From NCBI GenBank assembly GCA_018398765.1, contig JAHBMJ010000126.1, forward strand, positions 1-55,675: a stretch of 55,675 bases of DNA, given 5' to 3'. Position numbers and translations under genes: made by a program. The notes under the pieces were generated by a model. That model worked only from the letters and a program-made list of their open reading frames with translations. It did not search any database and was not told the origin of the DNA. Origin of the DNA: Chromera velia. Taxonomy: Eukaryota. Every line of letters begins with the position of its first letter. Within the stretch, counting starts at the first letter, position 1. This document shows, in pieces, positions 11,671-25,167 of this stretch.

Positions 11671-12416
11671 GGTGACTTAATTCCTTGTATGCAGCGAAAA
11701 GCAAGCAGAAGATGTATCAGGCCAAAATCCTCCCCTGCCTGTCAGCCCTCTTGACTTGACAGACTTTTGACTTTCTCACTGAGTCCGTGAAGTCGCGGGA
11801 ACCCTCTCTTCCAACTGAATTCAGCGTCGCCAGGTACGTGCACCTCCGAGAGCCGGTATAGCAGTACTTACTTTCGGTCACCAGACACGATCTTCACTTC
11901 TCAACAGTTCAGGATTCCCAAAGCGCACGTTGAATGACGCTGTGAGTCTTCCTTTTCGACCTACATACACAAGTTTGTGACGGCAGATTGCTTCGTTGGA
12001 AACGGTTTTCTGCATTTTTCTGCCGTTCTGCAACAACTTCTGTTATCGGCAGTCAACATTGGTCGCCTGATTTGTGTGGAGGCGCCATGAGGCGCCGCGC
12101 AGATCGGGGCCGATCGATGCATGTGCGGCGCCGCGCAAGCTCTTGGGCTCATATTTCGCGCCGCCGCACATTCAATGCCGCTTACGACTTTTCCGTCTCC
12201 CAGGCATCGTCTCTCCATTGAGTCCCCTTCTGAAAGTACCGAAGCAACAGAAGAAGGATGGAAACGGAACATGCTCTTCCTGCAGGAAAACCAGCCCTTT
12301 TCACGCCCTTGAGTTTCGTCCCGGTCATTTTTTTGTTCCTCGACTCCCATCCAGAGCTAGCTGTCTCCATCTTCATTCCCTCAAGCAGATTGTGAAGGGG
12401 GTTTGACTGTGTGGAG
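11671..12416. promoter_or_regulatory. Putative bidirectional promoter between the CXIP4-like gene and MPP10
   Basis: Divergent start codons ~750 bp apart, with a cluster of GCGCCGC motifs at 12080-12170. Confidence 0.5.
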
Positions 12417-13679
12417 ATGACTGACTGCACCAGGAAAGTGCTGAAGCTCCTCGAGAAGCGTCCCTTCCTCGACAAAGTCAGTCCGAAGGGAACGGAATTT
12501 ATGCATGGGAAACAAGAGAGGGAGATATCATCCTTGGACAAACCTCTCTCTAAGTCCTCTCTGTGAACATTCCCACCAGAAGCGAAAGATGACGCAGTCC
12601 GATGCATTCAAGCACGTACGTTCCTTTGGTGACCACAAAAAACCGCCCCCCCCCCCCCCCNNNNNNNNNNNNNNNNNNNNNNNNNNNNCCCTCCCCCATT
12701 TTGACGAAGACCAGTTCCTCACTTGCTCGTCTCGTATCTGCCTCCCCCGCGGCCTGCAAAAACACGTGCGCACACTTCACGGCTCGAACGCTCTCCCCCC
12801 CATGTTGTTTGAATGACGCATTTCCCTAGTTCTTTCGTCACGCATGTATGTGCCTTGATGGACGAAAACAATCACCTGCCTCCGTCCCGGCCGAAAACAG
12901 AGCAGTGCCCCAACGACTGGGCCGAGATACAGCATGCAACCTTCTTCGCCTTCCCCACCCCAGTCCATCAGATCGATTCCTTCTGGCAGCACTCCTTCAA
13001 AAGACAGGAGACACCCTTCGAAACGGATGAACGGATCCATGAAGCCTTTGGCCACACTGCCTCCTCCCTTAGACACCATTATATGCACCCAACGGACCAT
13101 CAGATAACCAACGAAAAACGAGGCCGACCGCATCTAGCGTTCGCTCTCAAGAAGGTTGAGCGCAACTGGCTTGAGATAGTAAGGCGGCCATGCAGTGTGT
13201 ATGCCTCGTGTGCCTCCTCCGCATGTGCTCACACGCTCTCCAGCTAGCTTCTCCTTTTGCCTTTCCATCTCATTCTTCCTTTAAATTTTCAACTCATCCA
13301 TCCCCCTAAGTTGCAGGTCTCGAAGGAGCCTGAGCTTCTGCTGTCGGAAACCTCCGCCGCAAAGATCGGGGAAGAGGCGCTCTCCTTTGCGAAAAATGTT
13401 TTTGACATCGGTCAGTCAGGAACCAAACGCTCTCCTTTGCGAAAAATGTTTTTGACATCGGTCAGTCAGGAACCAAACGAAAAGAAGGGAAGAAAAGACA
13501 TCCGCAAAGGGAAAAAAAGAGAAACAGCCGCTTAGAAAAGGAACAGTGGCCGGGAGTCAGATCAGGCAGCGACAGACAGACAGACAGACAGACACACACA
13601 CACACACACACAGACAGACACACACACACACACACACACACAAACAGATAGACAGGCAGACAGATAGACAGGCAGACAA

Positions 13680-13711
<32 letters not shown>

Positions 13712-16700
13712 ACGGACAGAGACGCCTTCCTTCTCCGCTCACCTCCTCATCGACCCATCTTGCAAGGGGAATCAAGTGCATCTGCTTTCTTTCGTTGATC
13801 TCCCCGCTCCAGTCTGCGTCCGGCGGGGAGCTCGGGAAGGAGACTGATCTGCATGTCTTCACGCACTACTCGGCTTCATGCGTCCTCTCTTTCACTTTCC
13901 TTTTTCTGCTCTCTTTTGTGCTCCCTGTACCGGTGCAGCTACGTCTGTGTCCGATCATCTGGACGGATTTGGAGACGAAGATGGTCTGGGTGAAACTAGG
14001 GCTACTCTCTGTGTGGGGGAGGACTTCGACATGGAGCAGATCTGGGCGCAGATAGAAGAACATGTCAGTGATACTGTCTGTCAGGTTAAAGGCAAACGGG
14101 GCACAAAGAACGCAGGAGAAGCTCTTGAAGAATAGAGTAACATGCACTCAACACATTGAAGCAGTCTCAACTCCGACAGGGGAGTCCATGCGTGCGCCAG
14201 AAGAACGGGTCACTGCAAAGTCTTCTGTCCGCATGATGGTAGAACGAAGTCGGTGAGGCTCAACTGCAGCGTGACTATATTGAGACCATGACATCTGCAG
14301 GACATGTTATGATGTTGGGCTTTCTTCGGAAGAGAACTGCAGGACTGTTTTGGTTTGCGTGACCGGAATCTTCGTTGAACAGTGAGGGGAGTTTGCCAAT
14401 GTTTTCTGGCATTTTCGCTTTCCGCATCGTAGCGTTGTCAATTTGACTGGAGACAGGAGTCCTCGAGATACTTTTTGGAGAAAAAATCCCAATGCTGTTC
14501 GACATATTGTACTGAGCGTTTTGTCGTCTGACCCTGTGCTTAGTTTTAAATCGTTATCACAATTGAACATTCCTGTCCCGTGTATTCATGCAGGAAGAGT
14601 CCTTTGGCCCCAAGTTGAAGAGAGAGGTGTTGGGAGTCATTAGAAGGGACGAGAAGGGAGATCTTGAGAAGGAGTTCTTGGATGAGGACGAAGAAGACGA
14701 AGAAGAGGAACAGGTTGGGCAGTGAAGGGGAGAGGGGGGAGAGGCAAAACGTTTTCTTTTTACTTTCAGGGGTCGTTTGATCGGACGTTCTTTCGCTTGC
14801 TCATTTCTTTTTGTCTTCGTCGGCTCACCATCACGTTCGTTGTTCTGCTCGTAGCGCTTCCGCAGAGATGGGAGGGGACGAGGAGACTTCGTTCTTCTTT
14901 CTGTGCAAGGAGACAGAAGCATCTCCGCCCTGGCTGCACCTTCCCTTCCTCTGTCTGCGTGCAGAATGACGAAGATGAAGAGGAGGAAGAGGGCGAAGAG
15001 GAAGACGAAGAGTCCGATGAAGACGAAGAGGAGGAAGAGGACGAGGAGGAATTGGAGAACGGAGGAAAGAAGGGGGCAAAGATGGCAAACGGGAAACCGA
15101 AGAGAAAATCAGTAGTGGACGATGAATTCTTCAGCCTCGAGGAAGTCGGTCTGTGTGTGTGAGAGAGAGAGAGACAGGGAGAGGGAGGAAGCGAGAAAGC
15201 GAATACGGACGACTTCTCTCATGTGAGAGCGTGAGATGATGGGCACAACTTCTTCTTGGTAGTGACGGAGCTGGAAGGAAATCAGCTTGAAAGAGTCTCA
15301 CCCTTAGTTTCTACGAAGCACTCACCCCTTCTTCCTTCCTCACTGCTTCCTAAAAACACCGGCCGGCAGTTGAAGCTAGAAAGTGCGGCTCTGCATGAGT
15401 GGGGACCACAAAAGAAGCCTCTTGGGTTTCTTTCGCATGGGTGCATTCTTCCCCTCCCTCTCCAGCACAGTCTGTCTCCCCTCACCTTTCTGTGTTCTCG
15501 TTTACTCCACGTACTTTTGCTTTGCTTTTTTGTTGCCTGCCGGCATGTGGGTGGGTTCTCTCTCGTTCTTCTGTTTTGAATTGGATGGACGCATGCATGC
15601 AGATGGAAGAATTCGCTCAAGAGGGAGAGGACGTTGAGGAGAGAGCGAGGCGGAGGGAGGAAGACGAGGACGAGGACGAGGATGAAGAGGACGAAGACGG
15701 AGATGAGCTCGACGACGAGGCCAGAGCCCTCTTGTATGGGATGGAGGACGGAGGGGTAGAGAAGGAAAAAGGAAAGCAGAAAGTCAAATACAGCGAGCTG
15801 TGGGGGGGCAAGGGCGACTCCTCAGGGACCTCAAAGGACAAGGGGGACAAAAAGAAGAGAGGGGAAGAGGACTCAGAAGAGGACGAAGGTGGGTGAGGTG
15901 AACTTCATTCCTAGCGCTCCCGCCCCCCCCCCAAAAAAGAACTTCATTCCTAGATTGGCAAACGAACGTCATATCAGAGAAGAGAAGGGGAATGGGTGGC
16001 AGAAGACGACGACCATGACCAGTCGTGTGTCTGAAATGACTGTCTGTCTGTCTGCTTGCCTCTCTAATTCTTTGTTTTTTCTATTTCTGCTTTCATACAG
16101 AGCTTGTTGGTGATATTACTGATTTCTTTTTTCTGCCTGTCCGTTTATTTGTGCGTACAGGTTGTCTGTTTCTCATTCCGTGTGTTTCATGCTCTGAAGT
16201 TTTTTCTCTCTGCCGCACCTTCATGCTTCCACTCACTCCTTTCGTTGACGGCCTGCCGTATTTCTTCTATTTCTCTGGTGGACTTCCCACTCGATCTCAT
16301 GGAGACCTCCAGAGACTGTTGTTGAATCCTGCGACGTGCAGATGAAGAAGAAGATGAAGAGGAAGAGGGAGAGGGAGAAGAGCTGGATGCAGAGGAAAGA
16401 GAACTAGAGAGACAACTTCAGGAGATGCAAAAGAAACTCAACGAGGAAGAAGAAGGAGATGAGGAGGATGAAGAAGATCAAGACGGGGACGAGGAAATGG
16501 GAGTGGAAGACGAGGAAGAGGAAGAAGAAGAAAGTGAAGAGGAGGAGAAGGGAAAGGGACAAAAAGCCAAGAAGAAGGTTGACGGAGAGACAGGAGGCAC
16601 ATCATCCGAAGGAACAAGGTGGGCGGGTGAACAAGCATCGCGGGGGATTTGCATCAACAATTCGCGGACTCCTGCGCTTGCTCTCTCGCCTCCGTCTCTC

Positions 16701-17031
16701 CCTCTCCCTCTCCCTCTCTCTCTCCCTCTCCTTCTCTGTCTCTCAGTGGGGGGGGGGGGCTGTGTCGGTGCATACGTGTGTGAGTTTCTGGAGGTTCCAT
16801 TTGCCGGTGTTGATTTGAGTCTTCTTTTTGCCCGGTCTGTCTTACTGACGTGCTAAGAGCATGTGTCTATTTTCTTTGCTTCTCTCCTCGTCCCCTCTTG
16901 CAGTCTGGCGGCACTGGACGCGAAGGAGAGGCAACTACACGACATGATCGGTCGGTTGGTTGGTTGGTTGGTCTGAACGAACAGACACACCTGCATATCT
17001 TTGTGTGTGTGTGTGTGTGTGTGTGTGTTTG

Positions 17032-17095
<64 letters not shown>

Positions 17096-19520
17096 GTCCT
17101 ACATACGTGCTGGTTTGGTAAGTAGCAATGGATGGCAACAGATGTCATACAAGAGTACACAGGCCTGCCTCGTACAGTCTCGAGACACCACAAATCTACG
17201 AGCACTGTGCTCAAGTCCATGTATGCATATGGTTGCATTCCAATCCGCTCACTGCCTGCCTGCCTGCCTGCCTGCAGAGGCGATGGAGTCTGAGCTCTTG
17301 GCAGACAAGCACTGGACCATGGGAGGAGAGGCCGGGGCCCGCGAGCGTCCGTTGAATTCTTTATTGGAGACGCACGTCGACCTGCCGAGGTTTGTTCGGC
17401 GCGCAGAGGAACAGACTCTCGAGGGGGTGGAGGGATTGGGAGAGGAGGAAGAGGGGGGAAAGGAGGGAGGGGGGGGAGCTCCTGAGTCGAAGGTTTCGGA
17501 GATGATAGAGAAGATCCTCAGGCAACGAATAAAAGACTTGAACTTTGATGACGTTGTTAGAAAGGCCGGGGTGCGGCCTGCGGAGAGGACAGGAGAAGAG
17601 GACGACGGAGCCGAAATTTTGGATTTCCAAAAAAGCAGAGTGGGTCAGCCGGAGGTTTCAAGTGGGCAAATGGGTGGGTGGAGTCTCTTTTTACGTCCTG
17701 AGGGTTGGTATTCGTCTTTCTTTATGTACATAACCTCTTTTTGTTTTGTTGCGCCGGAAGTCCAAAAGGACATGCGCCTGCTGTCAATGTTTATTTCCGG
17801 AATTACAAAGGAAAATGTGGAAAAGAGGGAGCCTGGGGCATCAGGATGAAGAACAAGTGACATCCCGTCGTTTTTTTTTAAGATGTGCACGACCTTCAGC
17901 TGAGGAGCCAGCGTGTCTTCTCTCTCTGCCTTTTCCCTTGCGCAAGAGAGAAAGAAAGTCTTTTTTGTGTGTCCTGCCTCCTTTTTTGTGTGTCCTGCCC
18001 CCTTTTCTGCGTACAGGTGGGGCTTGCGGACGTCTACGCAGCGGAATTCGAGAAGGAGATCCTGGGGCAGGCGGCTGCCTCTGGTCAGGCAGAGACCCCC
18101 GAGATGAAGGCCAAGAGGGAGACCGTCAAGCTGTTTGCCAAAGTGATGCACAGACTGGACGCCCTCAGTGCCGCATCCCAATTGGCCAAACTTCCAAAAG
18201 AGGGGGCAAGGGCAAGGGACGTCGCGGCAATTCGGGTCGAGGAGGCGATGTGGGTCTGGAGAGAGAGAGAGTAGTTGCGTGAAGAGTTTCTTAGTTGTCT
18301 CTTTCGGAGAGATTCCTTCAAATGACTTGGAGGTTCAGTGAGACTATGTTTGTGAATGGAATGATTTGCACTGCATTCAGTGCGTAGGCAAAATTTCAGG
18401 GTGGAGAAGGAACATTTAGTCGCGCGTTGGCACGACAATTAATGCTCCCTTATTTTGTTTGGACTTGCGAGTCTTCTCTTCAAAGTTTGTTTGGCATCCA
18501 TTTAGTTGCACCGTCTCCCTGCGTGTCCTCCTTCCTTTCTTGTCTGTGCTCCCTTTGCTCTCGTTAGTACGTTCACTTATTCATTGCCTCCCTCAACCTG
18601 TTCTGCCTGTTTGTTTACCTTCTTTTGTGTGCAGCCCGGTGACGATGTCGATGGGGCAACAACAGGCTCCAGAGGAATTCATGGCACCTGATGCTCTCAA
18701 GGTCGGTCTGTCTTTTTATCTATCTGACTTTCCATCTGCTTGCCTGCCTGCCTCCTTGATCGATTTGTGTGGAGGATTCTTTTCTGGGGGGTGGCCGGCT
18801 TGCTTCCTTCAATCAAGCCTGGGAGAGAGGGAAGAGAGAAAGTCAGAGAGAAGGCTTCTCGGGTCGGTGGGCTCGGAGCGTGCTGCCTCTCTTCTTTGTT
18901 CAGCGCGTCTGCCTCTTTGTGGCGTGCCCAAAATGCTCCACTGTGGTCATTTTGGTATCTGCTCCTATGCGTTTTACTCCTATTGCTGCACCCACTCCCC
19001 CTTTAGCCCAGCCCATCTTCTGCCTCTCTTTTTGCTTGTCTCTTCTGTCTGCAGAAACCACACGAGATGAGTCAGGAGGAGAGGCAGGCGCTGAGGAGGG
19101 CAAAGAAGGAACGGAGGAAGGCGAGACTTCGGACTCAATTGGTGAGCTGAAGGAAGGATAACCTCTTTTTCCTTTCTTTGTTTCTTTGTTTCGTTCTTTC
19201 CGTCTCTCGGTGAATCTTTGCGCAATTGCGAGTAAGGCTTGATAATACCAAGCAACCACGAATTTTTTTGGGCCTGCCAGACTCGTTCTTTTGCACAAAT
19301 CGCACATGCATGATCGACTCAATGATATCCTCTGCATGCATGTGTGCCTCCCTGCAGGAATCGGGGAGTATGAGCTTGAAGGGGGCCGCGGAGAGGGCGG
19401 AGAAACTGCAGACGAAGAACAAGTGGGTTGCATGCCTTTTTGATGGCCAAAAACGATTTCACGCATGTATGCGTGGGGAATTCCTGCATCCCTCTTTTGC
19501 TTCCTCTTCCTCCCCTCCCG

Positions 19521-19557
<37 letters not shown>

Positions 19558-19616
19558 CTCGTGTGTGTGTTCTCGTGTGTGTATTCTCGTGTGTGTGTTC
19601 TCGTGTGTGTGTTCTC

Positions 19617-19648
<32 letters not shown>

Positions 19649-20090
19649 GGGTGTGGGTGTGTTGGTGTGCGGTTGTGCAGGTGTGTGTGTGAGAGAGAGA
19701 GAGAAAGAGAGAGGCAGAGGATGAGCAGGCAGGGGAAATAGATAGACGAGGAGAAAAAAAACGCATCCCTTTGTCTTCCGGTACTCCTCTGCTTTGTCAG
19801 GGTGCAACTCTGCGGTGTCACACGCAACAGGTCTTCATTTGGATCTCCTTCACATGACTTCACTTCTTTCCGTCTCTCCTTGCCTGTCCACATCATTTGG
19901 ATCTCCTTCACATGACTTCACTTAATTCTTTCCGTCTCTCCTTGCCTGCCTGCCAATGGATTGGATTGATGGATGCAGAGCCGCTCGAGAGGACCGGGAG
20001 GCCATCAAGGAATCGGGACAGACGGCGGCTCAGAAGAAGAAGGAAGCCTTCAAACTGCAGGTCAGTCTGCGTCTGCATGTATCGATTTGA
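12417..20090 (+). CDS. MPP10: U3 snoRNP protein MPP10; exons 12417-12476, 13317-13410, 13939-14063, 14594-14713, 14965-15144, 15603-15888, 16342-16618, 16904-16950, 17278-17639, 18017-18249, 18635-18701, 19055-19141, 19358-19422, 19979-20060 (stop at 20090 or in one further short exon)
   Basis: Mpp10 motifs FDMEQIWAQIE, VVDDEFFSLEEME, ELLADKHWTMGGEAGARERPLNSLLE, QRIKDLNFDDVVRK, LADVYAAEF, LDALS, EEAIPV..APEE and long acidic tracts. All 14 exons splice in phase. Confidence 0.92.
12661..12688. other. Assembly gap (N run) in MPP10 intron 1
   Basis: N run inside a poly-C tract. Confidence 1.
13378..13479 (+). repeat. Exact 50-bp tandem duplication spanning the MPP10 exon 2 donor
   Basis: cgctctcctttgcgaaaaatgtttttgacatcggtcagtcaggaaccaaa occurs twice. 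Confidence 0.95.
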
Positions 20091-22799
20091 GGGTGGGGTT
20101 CGGATGGAAATCAGGCAGGGCGTTACACATGCCTGGAATGAGCGGAGCACGGTTTGTAAGCTGCTCAGAAGAAGGCAGAGGATTGTCGGCCGCAGGCTGG
20201 CAGGTGAGACTACGAATGGGGTCATCATTTGCTGTATGTCTCTGTTTCTTTATTTCTCTCTAGAGGTGTTTCATTGGTCTGTCTGGACGGGATCCTCTTT
20301 CTGACTCGCCCTGACAATCAAACAAAGCCCAACACAGCACCGTCATTACGTTTACCCCGTTCTTCCCTTCCTCTCTTCGTACCGAGGGTGTGTGGAGGGA
20401 TTCATTGCTCTGTATGGATGCTTGCATTCTGTGTGTGAATGAGACAGTGGTGTCCGCCTTCTCTTTTTACCAATTTGTATTTGAGCCTTCGTCTAGCTGT
20501 TCCCACTTTTCTATTCTTGACTGATCCGACAGTACAGAATATGCTGGAAGGCAATCTGCTTCTACGATCAGTGACTGCATCCGTGCGCCCACCAATCAGG
20601 TAGTGACGCCACTGACGGCAGCAGAACACAAGACCCAATGCTTCCCTCTCCCCTGGGCTGTAATTCCTTTCGGTCTAGACAGATAGCGGCATGGCTGCAT
20701 GCGTGAACGAAGAGGCATGTGACACAGAGGCAACAACTTGTTGCCACAAAGATGTGAGCCCTCTTTTCAATCAATGCATGATTGAGCATTGATGGCAGCA
20801 TGCATGAAACATGGATGAATGCAGAGGAAGGTGACAGGCAATCAGCTCCTGGCTGAAGCCTCCAGGCGGTCCAACGAGGACGCACAACGACAGCAAGAGA
20901 GGAAACGGAGAGGGGGGGCGCCTGACAGAGCTGCGGCCGCTGCGTCAACCTCGAGGGGAAAAAAGCGAAAGTGACTGCCCAGCCGTCGAGCATCTCTAGG
21001 ACCCTGCAGGCACACACTCAATACAAATAAATTCAAAATGTGAAGCAACTGTGGCCGAGGTCACACCGATTTCACGATGACTTCACGCAAATTCGTATTG
21101 TGATTTTAACACTGATTTATAAGATGTATAAGCATAGCTAACTTGAGTTCCTAACTCTTTATATATCGCAAGAATTTCACCGAGAAATGCGCGTCTCAAA
21201 GTTATAAAATTTAGTGAAATCTAAACAAGTAGATTCTGCGGTAAATTCCACTAAATATGTGACTAAAACTAGGACTAAAATCCTTAATTAAAACTCCACG
21301 GGCAACTAGACGGGCAAATTCTTATATATCATGCCCACTAGTATGCCTCATGGTTGGCCAGAGCCTACTAGTATAAGTGGTGGCTCACCGGCCTTAACCG
21401 CCTCAATTCAATTCAATTCAATATTTCATTGTACAATATTCTGTAGACCATTGTACAATACGTGAGTCTGAGGTAATAAGTCTAGCCTGCTCTTGTGAGA
21501 GATTGGAGAGATAGGATAGGATAGGATAGGATAGGATTAATGTCTGGAGGATTAGCCTCCTCATCACTGAGATAACTCAATAATAATTATTGAAATAAGG
21601 CCATTATTTAAATAATAGCAATAATAATTATCCTAAACCGATAATGAGCCATAATAATTATGCAAAACCCTCAACTTTACCATAAAATTTTATTAGATTT
21701 ATCGCGTGTTTTTAGGTAAAAAACGAATTAAAATTCTTAAAATAATGTGCTTTAAAACTTTGATTAAGCCCACTAAGGCTTGTGAAACGTATTTTTGTTC
21801 ATGATCAAAATAATTATTATTTTTTAAATAGTGGTTATAAAAAAATAATTATTAGGAAAATTTGGTTTGAGTTATCCTACTGATGCTGCCCCAATGCCGA
21901 GCGCTCGACGTGCGGCGTCCAAGAAAAGCGCATACACGCGTCGGACCTTCCTGGCCGGATCAGGAACAACGAATGGATACACAACCATTCAGATAGAAAA
22001 ATCAAAATTCAAAAAGATGAGACCACCTCAGGGGTTAAATTTTGGAGCAGATCTCCCTTTTTATATGGGTCTTAGGGAAGGCGTCCAAATTGCACTTCAA
22101 AAGCTTCCAAAATTTCGTTTTTCAAGATATATGTACGTTTTTTAGTCTGGTATATATAAACAATGTCATGTATATTAAATTTTATTACCTTAAGGTAGAC
22201 GGCACTGGCGGCACACAGCTAGAGGGCCTTTATCATTGTGGCAACGCCATAGAGGGCGCTAGCCGAATATGTACACCCCAGAGTGGAGACCAGTACCCTG
22301 GCTAGCATTAAAGTTTTAGTTTGGCAGTTATGTCTAAAATCTCATCTCAGGTCTTCTATCCCTATGGATGGCTATATCTCATGTGAATGTAGTCACTGAC
22401 AGCTTCATCCTTGCCTGATGAGAGGATTGAAGGAGAATAGCTAGATTGACAGACTCATATGACCGAGATCTATAGACCTTCTGTATAAGACTAGACGGCC
22501 TCCTCCTAGGCAGTAGTCTTTACAGATCATGGAAACAGAGCTGGTTCAATAGATCCAGGAAATAGCAGTCGTCCCTTCAAAGTTGCTCGCCGTCTCTTCT
22601 CTAAGAACTGTTACACACGTAGGGTCTTTACACGCATTTGCTATGCAGCAGGTCCCCTCATTCTCTTAGGGTTTGAGTTGATACACTGACGCGCTTTTCT
22701 TGCAGAACTCCGAAAATTTTCTTTTTTGTCCAAACATCTCTTTTGGAGTTCATAAGTACGGTCACAGTGAGATTTTCCTTCGTTTGTTTGCCCGTTTTT

Positions 22800-24200
22800 T
22801 TTCTTAGACTGCTTTGGGATGGCCGCCTTGTCCGGTGACGTCACCGCCGAGGTGATCAAACTTCGAGACGTTTGTTCTACTGCCCTTTTGACGACACGGG
22901 CTGTGCAGATGCACGAAGATCAATTTGTAGATATGGTGACCACTGCGCTGTTGTTTCTTTCTTCTCTTTTGGGGACCCGCCTTATCTCCCCAAGTATACC
23001 TCCATCGAGTGCCCTAGGTCGACGCAGAACCCCGCGTGGGACTTAAGGTTTACAAGGGCGTAAATCAAAGAAAGCGCAGAAATTCTGAAGCAGCCACCAA
23101 CATACAGAGGCTTCGGAACCAACCGCACCATAAAGAGTGGAGCAGCAGATCCCCTTCTAAAGAAGAAATCCGTCTCTTGGCCTCCCGAAGAGAAATTGCA
23201 AACCGTTTTTTCTTTTGAAGTCGCAGAACACCTGATGACTTCGTCTTCATATTTTTATCCATTTCTACACCGACGAAGAAAGCATGACCAAGGAAGCTTT
23301 ACCTCAGTTTTTTCCCTCTCATCTCTCGATGAGCAGCCTCCCGAGCCATACATTTCTAATTCCATTGACGAGGTCTGTCCTTAAGCGATAGGGCGTACTA
23401 CCAGTATAAGCGCTGAGGATCGGTCCTCTTATTTTCTTGCCCATCCTTGCCCTTCTGTTTCCCCCACTCAGTCTGCATAGTTATCCACACTCATGCCAGC
23501 GCCCCACAGCTGTCTCTAACACAGTGTAAATCTTCCAACCTTTCTTTCGAATGAGAAAGTTCTTTCAATGACAGAGCACACCGACTGTGCGAGCGCTAAG
23601 GAGACCGTCTCTGAGTATTTTGATGCAGGTGCTAGCGCGAGTTGTTCTCGTCATACCTGCATAGAACCTCTTCGTTCGGATCCCGTCTCCAATCATTATG
23701 CTGCTATGGAAGACCGGCCTTAAAGTTTCAGTCATGAGGGTGTCGCTCCCTCTTTTGACGAATGTGTTCCCTGCGCTAGCCCTGAAGAGGGGGACGCCCC
23801 CTTCAAGGCAACAAACTTAAACAAGTCATCTTTTTACGTCTCTTTGTCAAAGAAGAATCACATTAAAGCACAGAAAAAGGTAGCTCGCAAGGCAGTACGC
23901 AAAACGATGCAGGCCAAAACAGCCAGAGAAGCAGACTCTCTTCCTAAGCCTATGTTATTATCGTTTCTCCCTTCTCTCCGAGATGAAGAGCCTCCAGCTT
24001 AGTGTCACCTGTGTTGCCGCTACGACGGCAGACGAGTCCATCTAGAAAAGTGGTCGCAAAAAGATTTGTTGGGCGCCATCACCGGGACCGGTGGATTTGG
24101 CAGTGTTGCAGGGGGGGGTGTTCGGAGCCTGAGAAGGCAACTCTTTGCCCAGATTGCCGTCGTTTGGGCTGTCAGGGGGGGTGTTCAAGGTACTCCTAAA
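22800..24200 (+). pseudogene. Possible decayed ORF of unknown identity
   Basis: Protein-like stretches broken by stops, ending in the Cys-rich WIWQCCRGGCSEPEKATLCPDCRRLGCQGGCS. No family recognised. Confidence 0.25.
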
Positions 24201-25167
24201 TTTTGATGATGTAGAGACGTATGCATCAATCCACCGCATACAATAGTCGGCTCGTATTCAACCAATACAAAGGATCCGGCTAGGACAAACATTTACCATA
24301 CATCATCATCCATGCATACACCAGATTTAGCTGGGGCATGAATCTAGTTTATGCATACGCCATGCGGAAGTGTTATATATGACTCATCATATATCTAACT
24401 TGGTGTACTGTACGTAAAAAGATATACTCAAAAAAATTTTGGAAGTCAAATACTTTAATGCATCCCCCCTCAGACAGACGGTTAATTATCAAAGTCGACG
24501 TTTTTTAAAACTTGGGTTAAGACTGCAGTCTGAACACGGAGCTTAGGCTGCAGACGGGACTCTGTGATATACTGAAAGATCCGCTCAACCTGGAAGAGAA
24601 AGGGAAGGAAAAAGGCTAAAGTCAATAATAGTTGGAACTTGGCGAGCCCACAACCACCATTCAGTACGTAATGGCATTCACTGACGTACGCTAGCTAGGG
24701 CTAACATTAGGGTCTACACGCAGTTTAAGATGCCTGCGGTGTGAGGACAACGTTCTAGCAGCGTACTAAGAAAAAGCTCTTCTAGGTCCACCGTGGCATC
24801 AACTACAAAGCCGCCGTCTAGTGCACCTAGCAGGCTTGATGAACTCTCAATATAATTCGGGTGCTAGTAGCTACAAATCGGATAAGGTAGAAAGGAACAA
24901 CTAGCCTGCTGGTGGGGCTAGTGGTGGGGCAGTGTTGGCCTAAGAAGTCGGCAATAAGTACCCGGACTGGCGGGGAAAAGATTCGTCGATTATTTAGTGA
25001 ACTCATACCTTATTATTATACCTGTGAGGCTAGACTTCGCCCACAATAAATCAAAAGCCGAGACACAATTTGAATCATACGCAAAACTGATACCGCGGCT
25101 GCGCGGAACATTTCGACACATGACAGTCTCGTTCAACGTTCGTCATCCCCCAAGCTCGGTCAAACAG

